A stretch of DNA of 64,000 bases, from NCBI GenBank assembly GCA_035626155.1, contig DASPOF010000089.1, positions 10,828-74,827 of the forward strand, given 5' to 3'. This DNA comes from Candidatus Binataceae bacterium. Its GTDB lineage: Bacteria > Desulfobacterota > Binatia > Binatales > Binataceae. This document shows, in pieces, positions 1-8,952 of the stretch. The notes under the pieces were generated by a model. It was not told where the DNA came from. It did not search any database and worked only from the letters and a program-made list of their open reading frames with translations. The first letter of the stretch is position 1, and each line of letters opens with the position of its first letter. Made by a program: the position numbers and the translations under genes.

Positions 1-1135
1 GCGCGGAGCGCTCCGCGAGTTCCGGGTAGGCGTCGCCCATCGCGACGCGGACCGCGTAACAAACGTCGGACAGAAACGGCCGCTTCAGTCCCAGGTACCT
101 GCCGTGGCGCGCCGCCCGCCGGATGAGACGCCGCAGCACGTATTCCCGGTCGCTGTTGCCGGGCACGACGCCCTCGGCGATGAGAAAGCAGACGGCTCGC
201 GCGTGGTCCGCGATTGCTCGATATGAAACGTCCGACCATTCCTGCGAACCGTAAGCAGAAATAACCGGCGTGGGGCTCGCCGGCGCCTTCGGCTGGGCTA
301 TCACGACCTGTCTTTCGATCGCGTTGATGATCATCTGGAACAGATCGATATCGTAGTTGCCGAGCAGGCGGCCGGTCTCGAAACTTTGCAGCACCGACGC
401 GACGCGCTCCAGGCCCGTCCCGGTATCGACGCACTTCATCGGCAGCGGCGTCAGCGCCCCGGCGGAGTCGCGGTTGTACTGGATGAAGACCAGGTTGCCC
501 AGTTCGATGAACCGCGAGCATCCGTCCACGTTCACTGCGCACGCGACCCCGCGATGGGGACTTCCGTTGCACGCGGCGGGACCGCGATCGATGTCGATCT
601 CGGAGTTGGGGCCGCATGGCCCGGTATCGCCCATCTCCCAGAAATTGTCCTTGTCGCCGAAGCGGAGGATTCGTTCCTTGGGCAGCACGCCGAGCTTGAG
701 CCAGATGTCCTCGGCCTCCTGGTCATCCTTGTGCACCGTCGCCCAGAGCAGCTTCGGGTCGACTTCCCAGACCCTGGTGATGAGGTCCCAGTGCCAGCGG
801 ATCGCCTCCTCCTTGTAGTAATCGCCGAACGACCAGTTCCCGAGCATCTCGAAAAACGTGTGATGATACGTGTCGCGGCCGACCGCCTCGAGGTCGTTGT
901 GCTTGCCCGAGATGCGCAGGCACTTCTGGCAATCGGCCACCCGCGCATCGGGCGCCGTGCGCACGCCCAGGAAATAATCCTTGAACGGCACCATCCCGGC
1001 ATTGACGAACAGCAGGGTCGGGTCGCCCTTCGGAATGAGCGCCGCCGACGGGGCGATCGTGTGGCCGCGCTCCTTGAAGAAGTCGAGGAACGATTGGCGG
1101 ATGTTCGCGGTGGTCCAGCGCATAGGAACCGTCAT
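1..1135 (-). CDS. alaS: alanyl-tRNA synthetase, N-terminal catalytic part (5' partial in window; continues beyond position 1)
   Basis: Reverse-complement translation from the ATG at 1133-1135 reads [57 protein letters not shown]...[16 protein letters not shown], the classic class II AlaRS N-terminus. There is no in-frame stop before the window edge, so it is not in the M-to-stop ORF track. Confidence 0.9.
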   Translation of the reverse strand, partial: [378 protein letters not shown]

Positions 1136-1305
1136 ACTAGCCGAGGACGCATCGGATGCCCACTTCCGTCGCGGCGGGCGGATGGCGGCGCATACGCCAA
1201 TTATCGCGCATCGTGCCGGCGTGCGTAAGGGGATTGGCCGCCCTGGGTTTTGGGCGGCCGGAGTTCCGCGAGCCTCGCTTGACTCGGGAGGCGCGCGGCC
1301 CTAGG

Positions 1306-1327
1306 TTAGTGAGTAATCACTCACTAA
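1306..1327. promoter_or_regulatory. perfect inverted repeat TTAGTGAGT-aatc-ACTCACTAA in the alaS/acad divergent promoter region; candidate TetR-type operator
   Basis: Seen directly: TAGTGAGT and ACTCACTA are reverse complements separated by 4 nt. It lies between a TTGACT -35-like hexamer and the AGGAGG ribosome-binding site of the acyl-CoA dehydrogenase gene, which is co-transcribed with a TetR regulator. Confidence 0.45.
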
Positions 1328-1337
1328 GGAGGCCGCC

Positions 1338-2498
1338 ATGGATTTTCAATTCAGCGCCGAGGACGAGGCCTTGCGGCTTGAGTTCGTCGAATGGCTCGCC
1401 GCCAACCCGGCAACCGAGCAGCCGGGCGAGGACGACTGGCAGCGGCGGCTAAGGTGGCATCGCTGCATGAACGCCGGCGGCTGGATCGGGATCGGATGGC
1501 CCAAAGAGTACGGCGGCCGCGGCGCGACGCTCTCCCAGCAGGTGGTCTTCAATCGCGAGCAGGCGCGCGCCGCCCGCCCTCAACTGGTCAATACGATCGG
1601 CATCGGGATGGTCGGGCCGACGCTCATCCGCTGGGGCACCGAGGAGCAGAAGCGCCGCCACGTCTCCAAGATTCTCTCCGCAGACGAAATCTGGTGCCAG
1701 GGCTATTCGGAGCCCAACGCAGGGTCCGACGTAGCCGGCCTGACCACCCGCGCGATCGAGTCGGGGGATTACTTCGTGGTGAGCGGGCAGAAGGTGTGGA
1801 CCACGGATGCCCATCACGCCGATTGGTGCATCCTGCTGTGCCGCACCGATCCCGACGCGCCCAAGCATCGCGGCATCAGCTACCTGCTCGTCGATATGCA
1901 CAGCCCGGGGGTTACCGTCAGGCCGCTCAAGCAAATCACCGGCGACGCCAACTTCAACGAGATGTTTTTCGATGAGGTCAAGGTCCCGAAACAAAACCTC
2001 GTCGGGGAAAAGAACCAGGGCTGGCAGGTTGCGATTACCACGCTGATGTTCGAGCGCTCCTCGATCGGCGCGGGCCTGAGCATGGCCGACGCGGTCAAGG
2101 ACCTGGCTGTGCTCGCGAAGGGATTGCCGCGCGGCAGCGCGAGTTTGTGGGACGATTCGGCGGTGCGGCATCGGATCGCGCAGTTCGCGTGCGAGGCGGA
2201 GGCGCTCCGCTACACGGAATTCCGGCAACTGACGCGGCAACTCAAGGGGATGCCGCCGGGGCCGGAGGGCTCGATCCTGAAGCTCGGCGCAAGCGAACTC
2301 AATCTGCGGCTCAACTCGTACGCGATGGAGCTGCTCGGGGCCTACGCGCCGCTCGATTCCGGCGCGCCCTTCGGCATCGACCGCGGCCGATGGTCGTACC
2401 GGATGCTCGCATCGCGGGCGCTGACGATCGCAGGCGGGACCAGCGAGATCCAGCGCAACATCATCGGGGAGCGCGTGCTAGGATTGGCCAAGGGCTGA
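1338..2498 (+). CDS. acyl-CoA dehydrogenase family protein
   Basis: 386 aa. Acyl-CoA dehydrogenase architecture with the C-terminal GGTSEIQRNIIGERVLGL motif. Preceded by an AGGAGG ribosome-binding site. Confidence 0.85.
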   Translation: MDFQFSAEDEALRLEFVEWLAANPATEQPGEDDWQRRLRWHRCMNAGGWIGIGWPKEYGGRGATLSQQVVFNREQARAARPQLVNTIGIGMVGPTLIRWGTEEQKRRHVSKILSADEIWCQGYSEPNAGSDVAGLTTRAIESGDYFVVSGQKVWTTDAHHADWCILLCRTDPDAPKHRGISYLLVDMHSPGVTVRPLKQITGDANFNEMFFDEVKVPKQNLVGEKNQGWQVAITTLMFERSSIGAGLSMADAVKDLAVLAKGLPRGSASLWDDSAVRHRIAQFACEAEALRYTEFRQLTRQLKGMPPGPEGSILKLGASELNLRLNSYAMELLGAYAPLDSGAPFGIDRGRWSYRMLASRALTIAGGTSEIQRNIIGERVLGLAKG

Positions 2499-2541
2499 CG
2501 ACCTTGGGCGTGGACTGGTGCGCGGCCCGATAAGCTCTGAG

Positions 2542-3189
2542 ATGAGTACGCGGGCCCCACGCAAGCGCCTCCCGGCAAAAGAGCGCGAGTTGCAGATCCT
2601 GCACGCGGCAGCGCGCGCGTTTGCCCGCTCGAATTTCCGGATGGCGGGCACGGCGGAGATCGCCGCGGAAGCGGGCATCGCCGAGCCCACCATCTACAAG
2701 TATTTCCCCAGCAAGAAGGATCTGTTCATCCGGATTCTGCGCCGCATCGGCGAGCGCATCCTGGAGCAGTGGAAGGCAGCGGCCGCCGAGGAGGCCGGCG
2801 CGGGCGAGGCGCTCAGGCGAATCGGGAAGAGCTACCTGGAAGCGGTGCAGACGCACAGCGATGAGTTGAAGCTTCAGTTCCAGGCGCTGGCGGAGTCCGA
2901 CGATGCCGACATCGCCCGCCAGTTGCGCAAGAACCACTCGGCGTACGTCGAGTTTCTTGCCGGCCTCGTCGCGCAGGCGAAGAAAGAAGGAACCATCCGG
3001 GGCGAGGTCGATGGCTATGCCGCGGGCTGGCTGCTCAACGGCATCGGGTTCACGCTCACGATGAGCAAGCTGCTGGACTTCAAGGGTAAGCCCGGGCGCG
3101 GAGCGGAGAGGATGGTGCTTGGCTACCTGGATTGGATTGCGCCGTCGCCACCCGCGCGCCCCGGCGCGGTCGAAGGCCGGCGCAGTTGA
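2542..3189 (+). CDS. TetR/AcrR family transcriptional regulator
   Basis: N-terminal helix-turn-helix ERELQILHAAARAFARSNFRMAGTAEIAAEAGIAEPTIYKYFPSKKDLF. Sits 20-40 nt downstream of the acyl-CoA dehydrogenase stop, consistent with an operon. Start is placed at MSTRAPRK; the track ORF begins 24 nt earlier. Confidence 0.85.
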   Translation: MSTRAPRKRLPAKERELQILHAAARAFARSNFRMAGTAEIAAEAGIAEPTIYKYFPSKKDLFIRILRRIGERILEQWKAAAAEEAGAGEALRRIGKSYLEAVQTHSDELKLQFQALAESDDADIARQLRKNHSAYVEFLAGLVAQAKKEGTIRGEVDGYAAGWLLNGIGFTLTMSKLLDFKGKPGRGAERMVLGYLDWIAPSPPARPGAVEGRRS

Positions 3190-3308
3190 TCGCGTCGCGA
3201 TGCGACTGACATCGGTGCGGCGTGCGGCGAACTCTCCGGTCTGGCAGCATCCCGCCGCCAGATAGTAATTTCGATTGTCCGCGCGCGAATGCGAAACGGC
3301 GCGCGCGT

Positions 3309-4394
3309 CTATCCCTTCTTTTTCGCCGGGGCCGGCGCAGAAGCGCGCTCCGTGGGCGCCTCTTCCTCCTCGACTGCGGCTGACGCGGGCAGGGCGACCG
3401 GGCGGGCGCCGACCTTGGCGCGAACCTTTAGCTCGATTTCATCGGCGAGCTTGGGATTGGCCTTGAGCAGGTCGCGCGCATTCTCGCGCCCCTGTCCGAT
3501 TCGCTCGCCGTCGTATGAGTACCACGCGCCGAGCTTCTCGATGACTCCAAGGTCGGCGCCGAGATCGACCAGCTCGCCTTCCTTCGAGATGCCCGAGCCG
3601 TAGAGGATGTCGAACTCGGCCTCGCGGAACGGCGGTGCGACCTTGTTCTTGACGACCTTGACCTTGGTGCGCGAGCCGATCACTTCCTGCGCGCTCTTGA
3701 TGGTGCCGATGCGCCGGATGTCGATTCGCACCGAGGAGTAAAATTTCAGCGCGTTGCCGCCGGTGGTCGTCTCCGGGTTTCCGAACATCACGCCGATCTT
3801 CATCCGGATCTGATTGATGAAGATCACGATCGTCCGCGAGCGCGCGATTATCGAGGTGAGCTTGCGCAACGCCTGCGACATGAGCCGCGCCTGCAAGCCC
3901 ATCTGCGGCTCGCCCATCTCGCCCTCGATCTCCGCGCGCGGCACCAGCGCCGCGACCGAGTCGATCACGAGCACGTCGATTGCGCCCGACTGGACCAGGG
4001 TTTCGGCGATCTCGAGCGCTTGCTCGCCATTGTCGGGTTGCGAGATCAGGAGGTCTTCGACGTTAACGCCGAGCTTGCGAGCGTAATTGGCGTCGAGCGC
4101 GTGTTCGGCGTCGATGAATGCGCCGATTCCGCCCGCCTTCTGCGCCTCGGCGATGCACTCGAGCGCAAGCGTGGTTTTGCCCGACGATTCCGGGCCATAG
4201 ATCTCGACCACGCGGCCGCGCGGGAGCCCGCCCACGCCGAGCGCGATATCCAGGCCGAGCGAGCCGGTCGAGATCGCGGCGACGTTGGCGTCGACGGCCT
4301 GCTCGCCGAGCTTCATGATCGAGCCTTTGCCGAATTGCTTCTCGATTTGGCTGAGCGCCAGGTCGAGCGCCTTGCTTTTGATCTCCTGCACCAT
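3309..4394 (-). CDS. recA: recombinase RecA with a low-complexity Ala/Pro/Glu/Lys-rich C-terminal tail
   Basis: [12 protein letters not shown] Walker A, the L2 loop region and the ...IDAEHALD motifs. 361 aa. Confidence 0.97.
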   Translation of the reverse strand: MVQEIKSKALDLALSQIEKQFGKGSIMKLGEQAVDANVAAISTGSLGLDIALGVGGLPRGRVVEIYGPESSGKTTLALECIAEAQKAGGIGAFIDAEHALDANYARKLGVNVEDLLISQPDNGEQALEIAETLVQSGAIDVLVIDSVAALVPRAEIEGEMGEPQMGLQARLMSQALRKLTSIIARSRTIVIFINQIRMKIGVMFGNPETTTGGNALKFYSSVRIDIRRIGTIKSAQEVIGSRTKVKVVKNKVAPPFREAEFDILYGSGISKEGELVDLGADLGVIEKLGAWYSYDGERIGQGRENARDLLKANPKLADEIELKVRAKVGARPVALPASAAVEEEEAPTERASAPAPAKKKG

Positions 4395-4499
4395 CGAATG
4401 TCCTGCCCCCTGCGGGTCTTGGATACTCCGAAGAGAGTCCTCTCACAATAACGTTCAGACGGGGGTCCGCGCGATGGGGGTCGCCTGCGGGCCTTGGAC

Positions 4500-5090
4500 T
4501 CAGGCGGCGGGGCGGAACACGAACGTGGCGAGCGCTTCGTAAATCGATCCCTCGGGCGCAAGAACGCTCCGATACAGAGTCATCGAGTCCACGCGCGAGA
4601 CGCCGAAATCGCGTTCGCGGGCCGCCTCGAGCCGCGCCCGCGTCGCGCGGTATCCGCGCAGGCTGCGCACCCGTCCGATCGTGAGATGGCCCGAGAACGG
4701 ACGCGACTCGCGCTCGAACCCGCAAGTAGCGGCGGCCTGCTCGACCCGCTCGGCGAGCGGCGCAAGTCTGTCGCTGATAAGTCCCGCCCAAATCACTCGC
4801 GGGCGCGCGAGGTCGGGGAAACCGCCAACCCCGCGCGCGCGAAATTCGAACGGCTCAGTCGCGCTCGCGATCGAGCGCAGTTCGCCGGCCAGCGGCTCGA
4901 TCGCCGTGAGCTGGACCGCGGGGCCCAGGAATTTGAGCGTCACGTGCAGGTTGGAGCGGCGCACCCACTTGATTCCGTCGTCCGGCGAGCGGAGTTCCGC
5001 GATGAAGTCCGCTAGCGCGGCCTCGGCGGCATCGCTCATGCGGACCGCGATGAACGCGCGGATCCGGTCGGGCATCGTCTGCGCAGCCAT
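4500..5090 (-). CDS. thpR: RNA 2',3'-cyclic phosphodiesterase (2H phosphoesterase, ThpR/LigT)
   Basis: Two H-x-T-x motifs (HVTLKFLG and HLTIGR) in about 196 aa. Start chosen at MAAQTMPDRIRAFIAV; the long track ORF 4500..5432 extends upstream as a spurious N-terminal extension. Confidence 0.8.
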   Translation of the reverse strand: MAAQTMPDRIRAFIAVRMSDAAEAALADFIAELRSPDDGIKWVRRSNLHVTLKFLGPAVQLTAIEPLAGELRSIASATEPFEFRARGVGGFPDLARPRVIWAGLISDRLAPLAERVEQAAATCGFERESRPFSGHLTIGRVRSLRGYRATRARLEAARERDFGVSRVDSMTLYRSVLAPEGSIYEALATFVFRPAA

Positions 5091-5145
5091 GCCAATTGTT
5101 GGCGAAGTACTCAGCCGGCCGCGCGCGAGCGCATTACGCGCCGCG

Positions 5146-5745
5146 TTATTTGTCGAGTTCCCACTCGACCAGGACGAGGCGGTCGTTGCCGAAGAACATC
5201 GAATTGCCCACGAACATCGTCGGCGAGCCGAAACCGCCGCGCGCGATGAGTTCATCGGTATTGGCGCGCAGCTTCGCCTTGTACGGATCGGAATTGATCT
5301 TCTCGAAGAACTCGCGCTCGTCGAGTCCGACCTCGCGCACGATGGAGCGCAGGACGTCGTCCTGGCTGATGTCCCGGTTCTCGCCCCAGTAGCTCTCGAA
5401 CGCGCGCCGCAAGTACGGCGAAATCTTCCCATGCTCGATCGCGACGAATGCGCCGCGCATCGCCTTGACCGGGTTCACCGGGAACACGGTCGGACTGCCG
5501 ATTTTGACCCCGTAGAAGTTCGCCCAGTCCCGGAGGTCTTTGCCGTAATAATCGCTCTTGGCCTTGACCGGCTTGGTGCGCGACTCGTACACGGACGGGT
5601 TCACCGTGTTGAACACGGCGCCGACCAGGAACGGCTTCCAGACGAGTTCCGCGCCGTGACGCCGGGCGATGTCCTCGATCTTGGTGAAAGCGAGGTACGT
5701 CCACGGACTCGAGCAATCGAAGAAGAATTCCAGTTTCTTGGCCAT
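5146..5745 (-). CDS. DsbA-like thioredoxin-fold protein (2-hydroxychromene-2-carboxylate isomerase family)
   Basis: MAKKLEFFFDCSSPWTY... with an N-terminal CxxP/W thioredoxin-like motif; 199 aa. The N-terminal part of track ORF 5146..5946 (poly-Pro/Arg) is judged spurious. Confidence 0.6.
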   Translation of the reverse strand: MAKKLEFFFDCSSPWTYLAFTKIEDIARRHGAELVWKPFLVGAVFNTVNPSVYESRTKPVKAKSDYYGKDLRDWANFYGVKIGSPTVFPVNPVKAMRGAFVAIEHGKISPYLRRAFESYWGENRDISQDDVLRSIVREVGLDEREFFEKINSDPYKAKLRANTDELIARGGFGSPTMFVGNSMFFGNDRLVLVEWELDK

Positions 5746-5828
5746 GACTGATGCTCCCGCGCCGGGTTGCGGCGCATCCAGCATTGCATCGCCGGGGGCG
5801 CGATTGCCAGCGGCATCAAACGCCCGGC

Positions 5829-6746
5829 TCATTTGGCGGCGGGATTCGCGACGTCGTCGATCTCGACCAAATCCGCGCGCACGCTGCCGATGAAAGCCGC
5901 CGCCTCGGCCCGAAGCGGGAGGTGGCGGGGGTCGGCGCTGACCCACAGGCGCGTATCGTGACCGGATTTGCTCATCTTGCCGTTGCTCTCATAGACGACT
6001 GCGGGCGTGAGCCGGATCGCGTCGAACGATCCCGCCTTTACGCTTACCTGCTCGTGATCGCCGACTGCGAAATCGAATACATAGCGCGAGCTGCCGGTGA
6101 AGACGTCGAATGCCAGATGTCCGCCCGGCTGAAGCGGCTGCGAGAGCGCCATCATGGTGCCCGATATCGGCCCGCTGGGGTTCGCCGAGATGAACCTGCG
6201 CGTCTGCGAGCCCTTGTGATTCTCCTGTACCAGCGTGACGAGGCTTTCCGACTGGTCGAAGGAGACCCGGTACTCGTTGAAGCGCTGGTTCTCGTGCTGG
6301 CGGATGTACATGTCGTGGGGCGCAAGGGTGCCCACGCTGAACGACTCGCGCACGTAATCGCGCATCCTGAACAGCAGGTCCACGAGCGGATTGGTCTGAA
6401 CCCATACTTCCGCGGTCCACATCGAGGGTTGCTTGCGATCGCGATGCAGTTCGACTTTAGCGTCGGCGGCTGGAATCCCCAGCCACGATGCCTGGAATAC
6501 CAGCCGTTCTCCGTCGTGGAACGGGAGCGGCCCGGCCTTATATGCCGGGACTTTCACGCCGTCGGGGAGCGGGATGGGTTCGGCCGAAAGGGCGGGCTTT
6601 CGCGCGGCGTGGATGGCCGGCGCGGGCGTCGCCGCAATGGTCGGCGCGGCAGGCGCGGCCGGGCTCGCGATTAAAAGCGCGGCAACGACTGCGTAGGGCG
6701 CGATTACCGCCCTTCGAGCCGCTATTTTGGTTGCAATACCCGCCAT
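5829..6746 (-). CDS. DUF3108-like secreted protein (signal peptide, Ala/Pro-rich linker)
   Basis: MAGIATKIAARRAVIAPYAVVAALLIASPAAP... then a beta-rich domain. The upstream part of track ORF 5829..7523 overlaps a convincing opposite-strand gene and is rejected. Confidence 0.5.
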   Translation of the reverse strand: MAGIATKIAARRAVIAPYAVVAALLIASPAAPAAPTIAATPAPAIHAARKPALSAEPIPLPDGVKVPAYKAGPLPFHDGERLVFQASWLGIPAADAKVELHRDRKQPSMWTAEVWVQTNPLVDLLFRMRDYVRESFSVGTLAPHDMYIRQHENQRFNEYRVSFDQSESLVTLVQENHKGSQTRRFISANPSGPISGTMMALSQPLQPGGHLAFDVFTGSSRYVFDFAVGDHEQVSVKAGSFDAIRLTPAVVYESNGKMSKSGHDTRLWVSADPRHLPLRAEAAAFIGSVRADLVEIDDVANPAAK

Positions 6747-6785
6747 GATGCCCGATAATTTTGTCCGATCGCGGAGGGCTGGGAA

Positions 6786-7577
6786 ATGTTTAGACGCCGG
6801 CTTTTTCCTGCAGCGTTCGTTCTCGGCGCGGCTTTGGCGCTTCCCTGCGCAGCGCGCGCCCAATACGGCGGCGAGGGTATGGGCAGCGCGCTCAGTTCCA
6901 ACCCGATGATGCACCAGGGGAAGGTCGTGCCCGGCGTCGACGACCAGGTTTCGCGCGCGCAGCAGGAATCCTCCTTCAAGATTATCAAGGACGTGAAGGT
7001 TGGCCTCAAGGACGCCGACCCCAACGTGCGCGTCAGCGAGCTCAAGAAGCTCATCCCGCTCAAAGACCCCGAGGTGGATACGATCCTGGTCGAGTCGATG
7101 GCGGATCCGGACATCCGCGTAAAGATGAAGGCGATCGACATCCTCGGCGGCCGCGAGAGCAATGCCGCCGTGCCGCCGATGTCGCAAATGCTGTTCCTGC
7201 GATCGACCGAGCCGATCGTCAAACTGCACCTGGTCGCCGCGCTCGGACGGATCGGAGATTCGGGCGGAACGCTGCCGGTGATGCAGTACATGGAGCAGCA
7301 GGCGGACGATCGCGCGCGGGGCACCGCGGTGTTCGCGCTGGGCGAAATCGGCGGAGATCGCGCGGTTCCGCTGCTGGCAAGCGCCGCGCAAATGGATCGA
7401 AGCCCGATGGTGCGCCGGCTTGCCAAGGAAGCACTGGAAAAGATCGACGGCGAGATTCCCACCCAGCACAGCGAGCAGCTCGCGGCGGACAAAAAGCCCG
7501 CGGGGCTGCAAACCACCGATCAAAAGCTCGCCAAGTTGCGCGAGTACGACAGCAAGATCCAGGAACAGGAACGTTAG
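6786..7577 (+). CDS. HEAT-repeat (PBS-lyase type) protein with signal peptide
   Basis: Signal peptide MFRRRLFPAAFVLGAALALPCAARA, then repeated DPNVRVSELKKL / DPDIRVKMKAIDILG / ...VRRLAKEAL HEAT-like units. Confidence 0.6.
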   Translation: MFRRRLFPAAFVLGAALALPCAARAQYGGEGMGSALSSNPMMHQGKVVPGVDDQVSRAQQESSFKIIKDVKVGLKDADPNVRVSELKKLIPLKDPEVDTILVESMADPDIRVKMKAIDILGGRESNAAVPPMSQMLFLRSTEPIVKLHLVAALGRIGDSGGTLPVMQYMEQQADDRARGTAVFALGEIGGDRAVPLLASAAQMDRSPMVRRLAKEALEKIDGEIPTQHSEQLAADKKPAGLQTTDQKLAKLREYDSKIQEQER

Positions 7578-7624
7578 CAGGATATTGGCGCTCAGCCGGG
7601 ATCGATCGCGGTTTGCAGCCGCGC

Positions 7625-8941
7625 TCAGATTTTGAGCAGGCCGGCGGGGTTGCTGCGGGCCGCTGAGAAGCCGGGGAACACCGTCTTAAGCTGGCCGTCG
7701 CTGAGTGCCATGTGGCCCGCGAGCACGGTCGAAATCGCATCGCGGAAATCGGTCGTGACGGCGAGATCGCGTTCCTGGTAAAGCTCCGCGGTCCCCAGCC
7801 CGGGCCATCGCCCATACACCTTTGCACCGCGCACCAGGCCGCCCATCACCCACATCGCGTTGCCATGCCCGTGATCGGTGCCCGCATTTCCATTCTCGCG
7901 CACGGTGCGGCCGAACTCGGAAATCACCAGCACGATGGTGTCGTTCCATGCCGGTCCAAGCGCCTTGGCGAAGCCCGCCAGCCCCTCGGCGAGCGGCTTG
8001 AGATGGTTTGCGAGCTGGCCATTGGCAGCGCCCTGGTTCACGTGCGTGTCCCATCCGCCGAGCGCCATGAACGCGATGCGGATGGTCGGGTCGCGCTGGA
8101 TGAGACGGGCAAGGCGATCGGTGTCGGTGGAGAATCCTTCCGGCGACGGCGCGCCGTTGTTCGCCTCGGCCATGTCCTGCGCGAGTTCGCCCATGAGCCG
8201 CTGCCGCGCCGCACGTCCGTCGCGATATGCGATGCTGAGCGGGTCCTTGCCCGTGTATAGGCGGTCGAATGCCTGTTCGATAATCGGGCGGTCCAGCGGC
8301 ATCGGGCGTTCGGCGGCCCGGCCGGTCGGGATGTTCGCAACCGGCATCCTGCCGCTAAGAATTCGCGGAAGTGTCGGCCCGAGGCTCAGCGCCTCGGTCG
8401 GTCCGTGATTTCCCGCCATCGTCGCGAGCACGCGGTTAAGCCATCCGTCCGAGGTGGTTTTCACGCCCGGCGTGCCGCTCTCCATGAAATCCTGCGCATC
8501 GAAGTGCGAGCGCGTCGGGTCGGGCGAGCCGCAGGCGTGGATGAAGGCAAGCGTGCCGTCCTTCCAAAGCGGCATCACCGGCGCCAGCGCAGGGTGAAGT
8601 CCGAAGTATCCGTCGAGGTCGAGCGCGCCGCCGGCGCCATTGCGGCCCACCGCGATGTTCGGTCGCGCATCGTAATAGATGGAATCGCCGTGAGGGACGA
8701 CCACGCTCAGGCCGTCCACAGCGCCGCGCTGGAACACCACGACCATGCGCTTGCGGCCTGGGCCGCCGCTATCGGTGCGCGCAGCCCATGCGTGCGGGCT
8801 TACGAGCACGATTCCGGCGGCGGAGAGAATCGCGGCGCGGCGCAGAAACTCGCGCCGTCCGATCGGGTTTGCAAGCCGGGGATTGCAGGCGGCGCATCGC
8901 GCGGCGGCCGCTTCGAGTTCTCGCTTGTCGATTGGCTCCAT
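7625..8941 (-). CDS. DUF1501 (sulfatase-like) protein with a Tat signal
   Basis: RREFLRRAAILSAAGIVLV twin-arginine motif. 438 aa of DUF1501-type sequence, paired with DUF1800 upstream. Confidence 0.7.
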   Translation of the reverse strand: MEPIDKRELEAAAARCAACNPRLANPIGRREFLRRAAILSAAGIVLVSPHAWAARTDSGGPGRKRMVVVFQRGAVDGLSVVVPHGDSIYYDARPNIAVGRNGAGGALDLDGYFGLHPALAPVMPLWKDGTLAFIHACGSPDPTRSHFDAQDFMESGTPGVKTTSDGWLNRVLATMAGNHGPTEALSLGPTLPRILSGRMPVANIPTGRAAERPMPLDRPIIEQAFDRLYTGKDPLSIAYRDGRAARQRLMGELAQDMAEANNGAPSPEGFSTDTDRLARLIQRDPTIRIAFMALGGWDTHVNQGAANGQLANHLKPLAEGLAGFAKALGPAWNDTIVLVISEFGRTVRENGNAGTDHGHGNAMWVMGGLVRGAKVYGRWPGLGTAELYQERDLAVTTDFRDAISTVLAGHMALSDGQLKTVFPGFSAARSNPAGLLKI

Positions 8942-8952
8942 CGGCGATGCTC

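Noticed and set aside
4395-4499. SOS (LexA) box upstream of recA
   Set aside because: Only an AACGTT-centred stretch with no match to CTGT-n8-ACAG, GAAC-n4-GTTC or GTTC-n7-GTTC patterns. Without knowing the phylum's LexA motif I cannot support a call.
5751-7523. Long antisense or overlapping ORFs (5751..6674 +, the N-terminal 250 codons of 5829..7523 -, 6722..7516 -)
   Set aside because: They overlap the convincing DUF3108 and HEAT-repeat genes. Their translations are low-complexity Arg/Ala/Gly-rich with no domain signatures.
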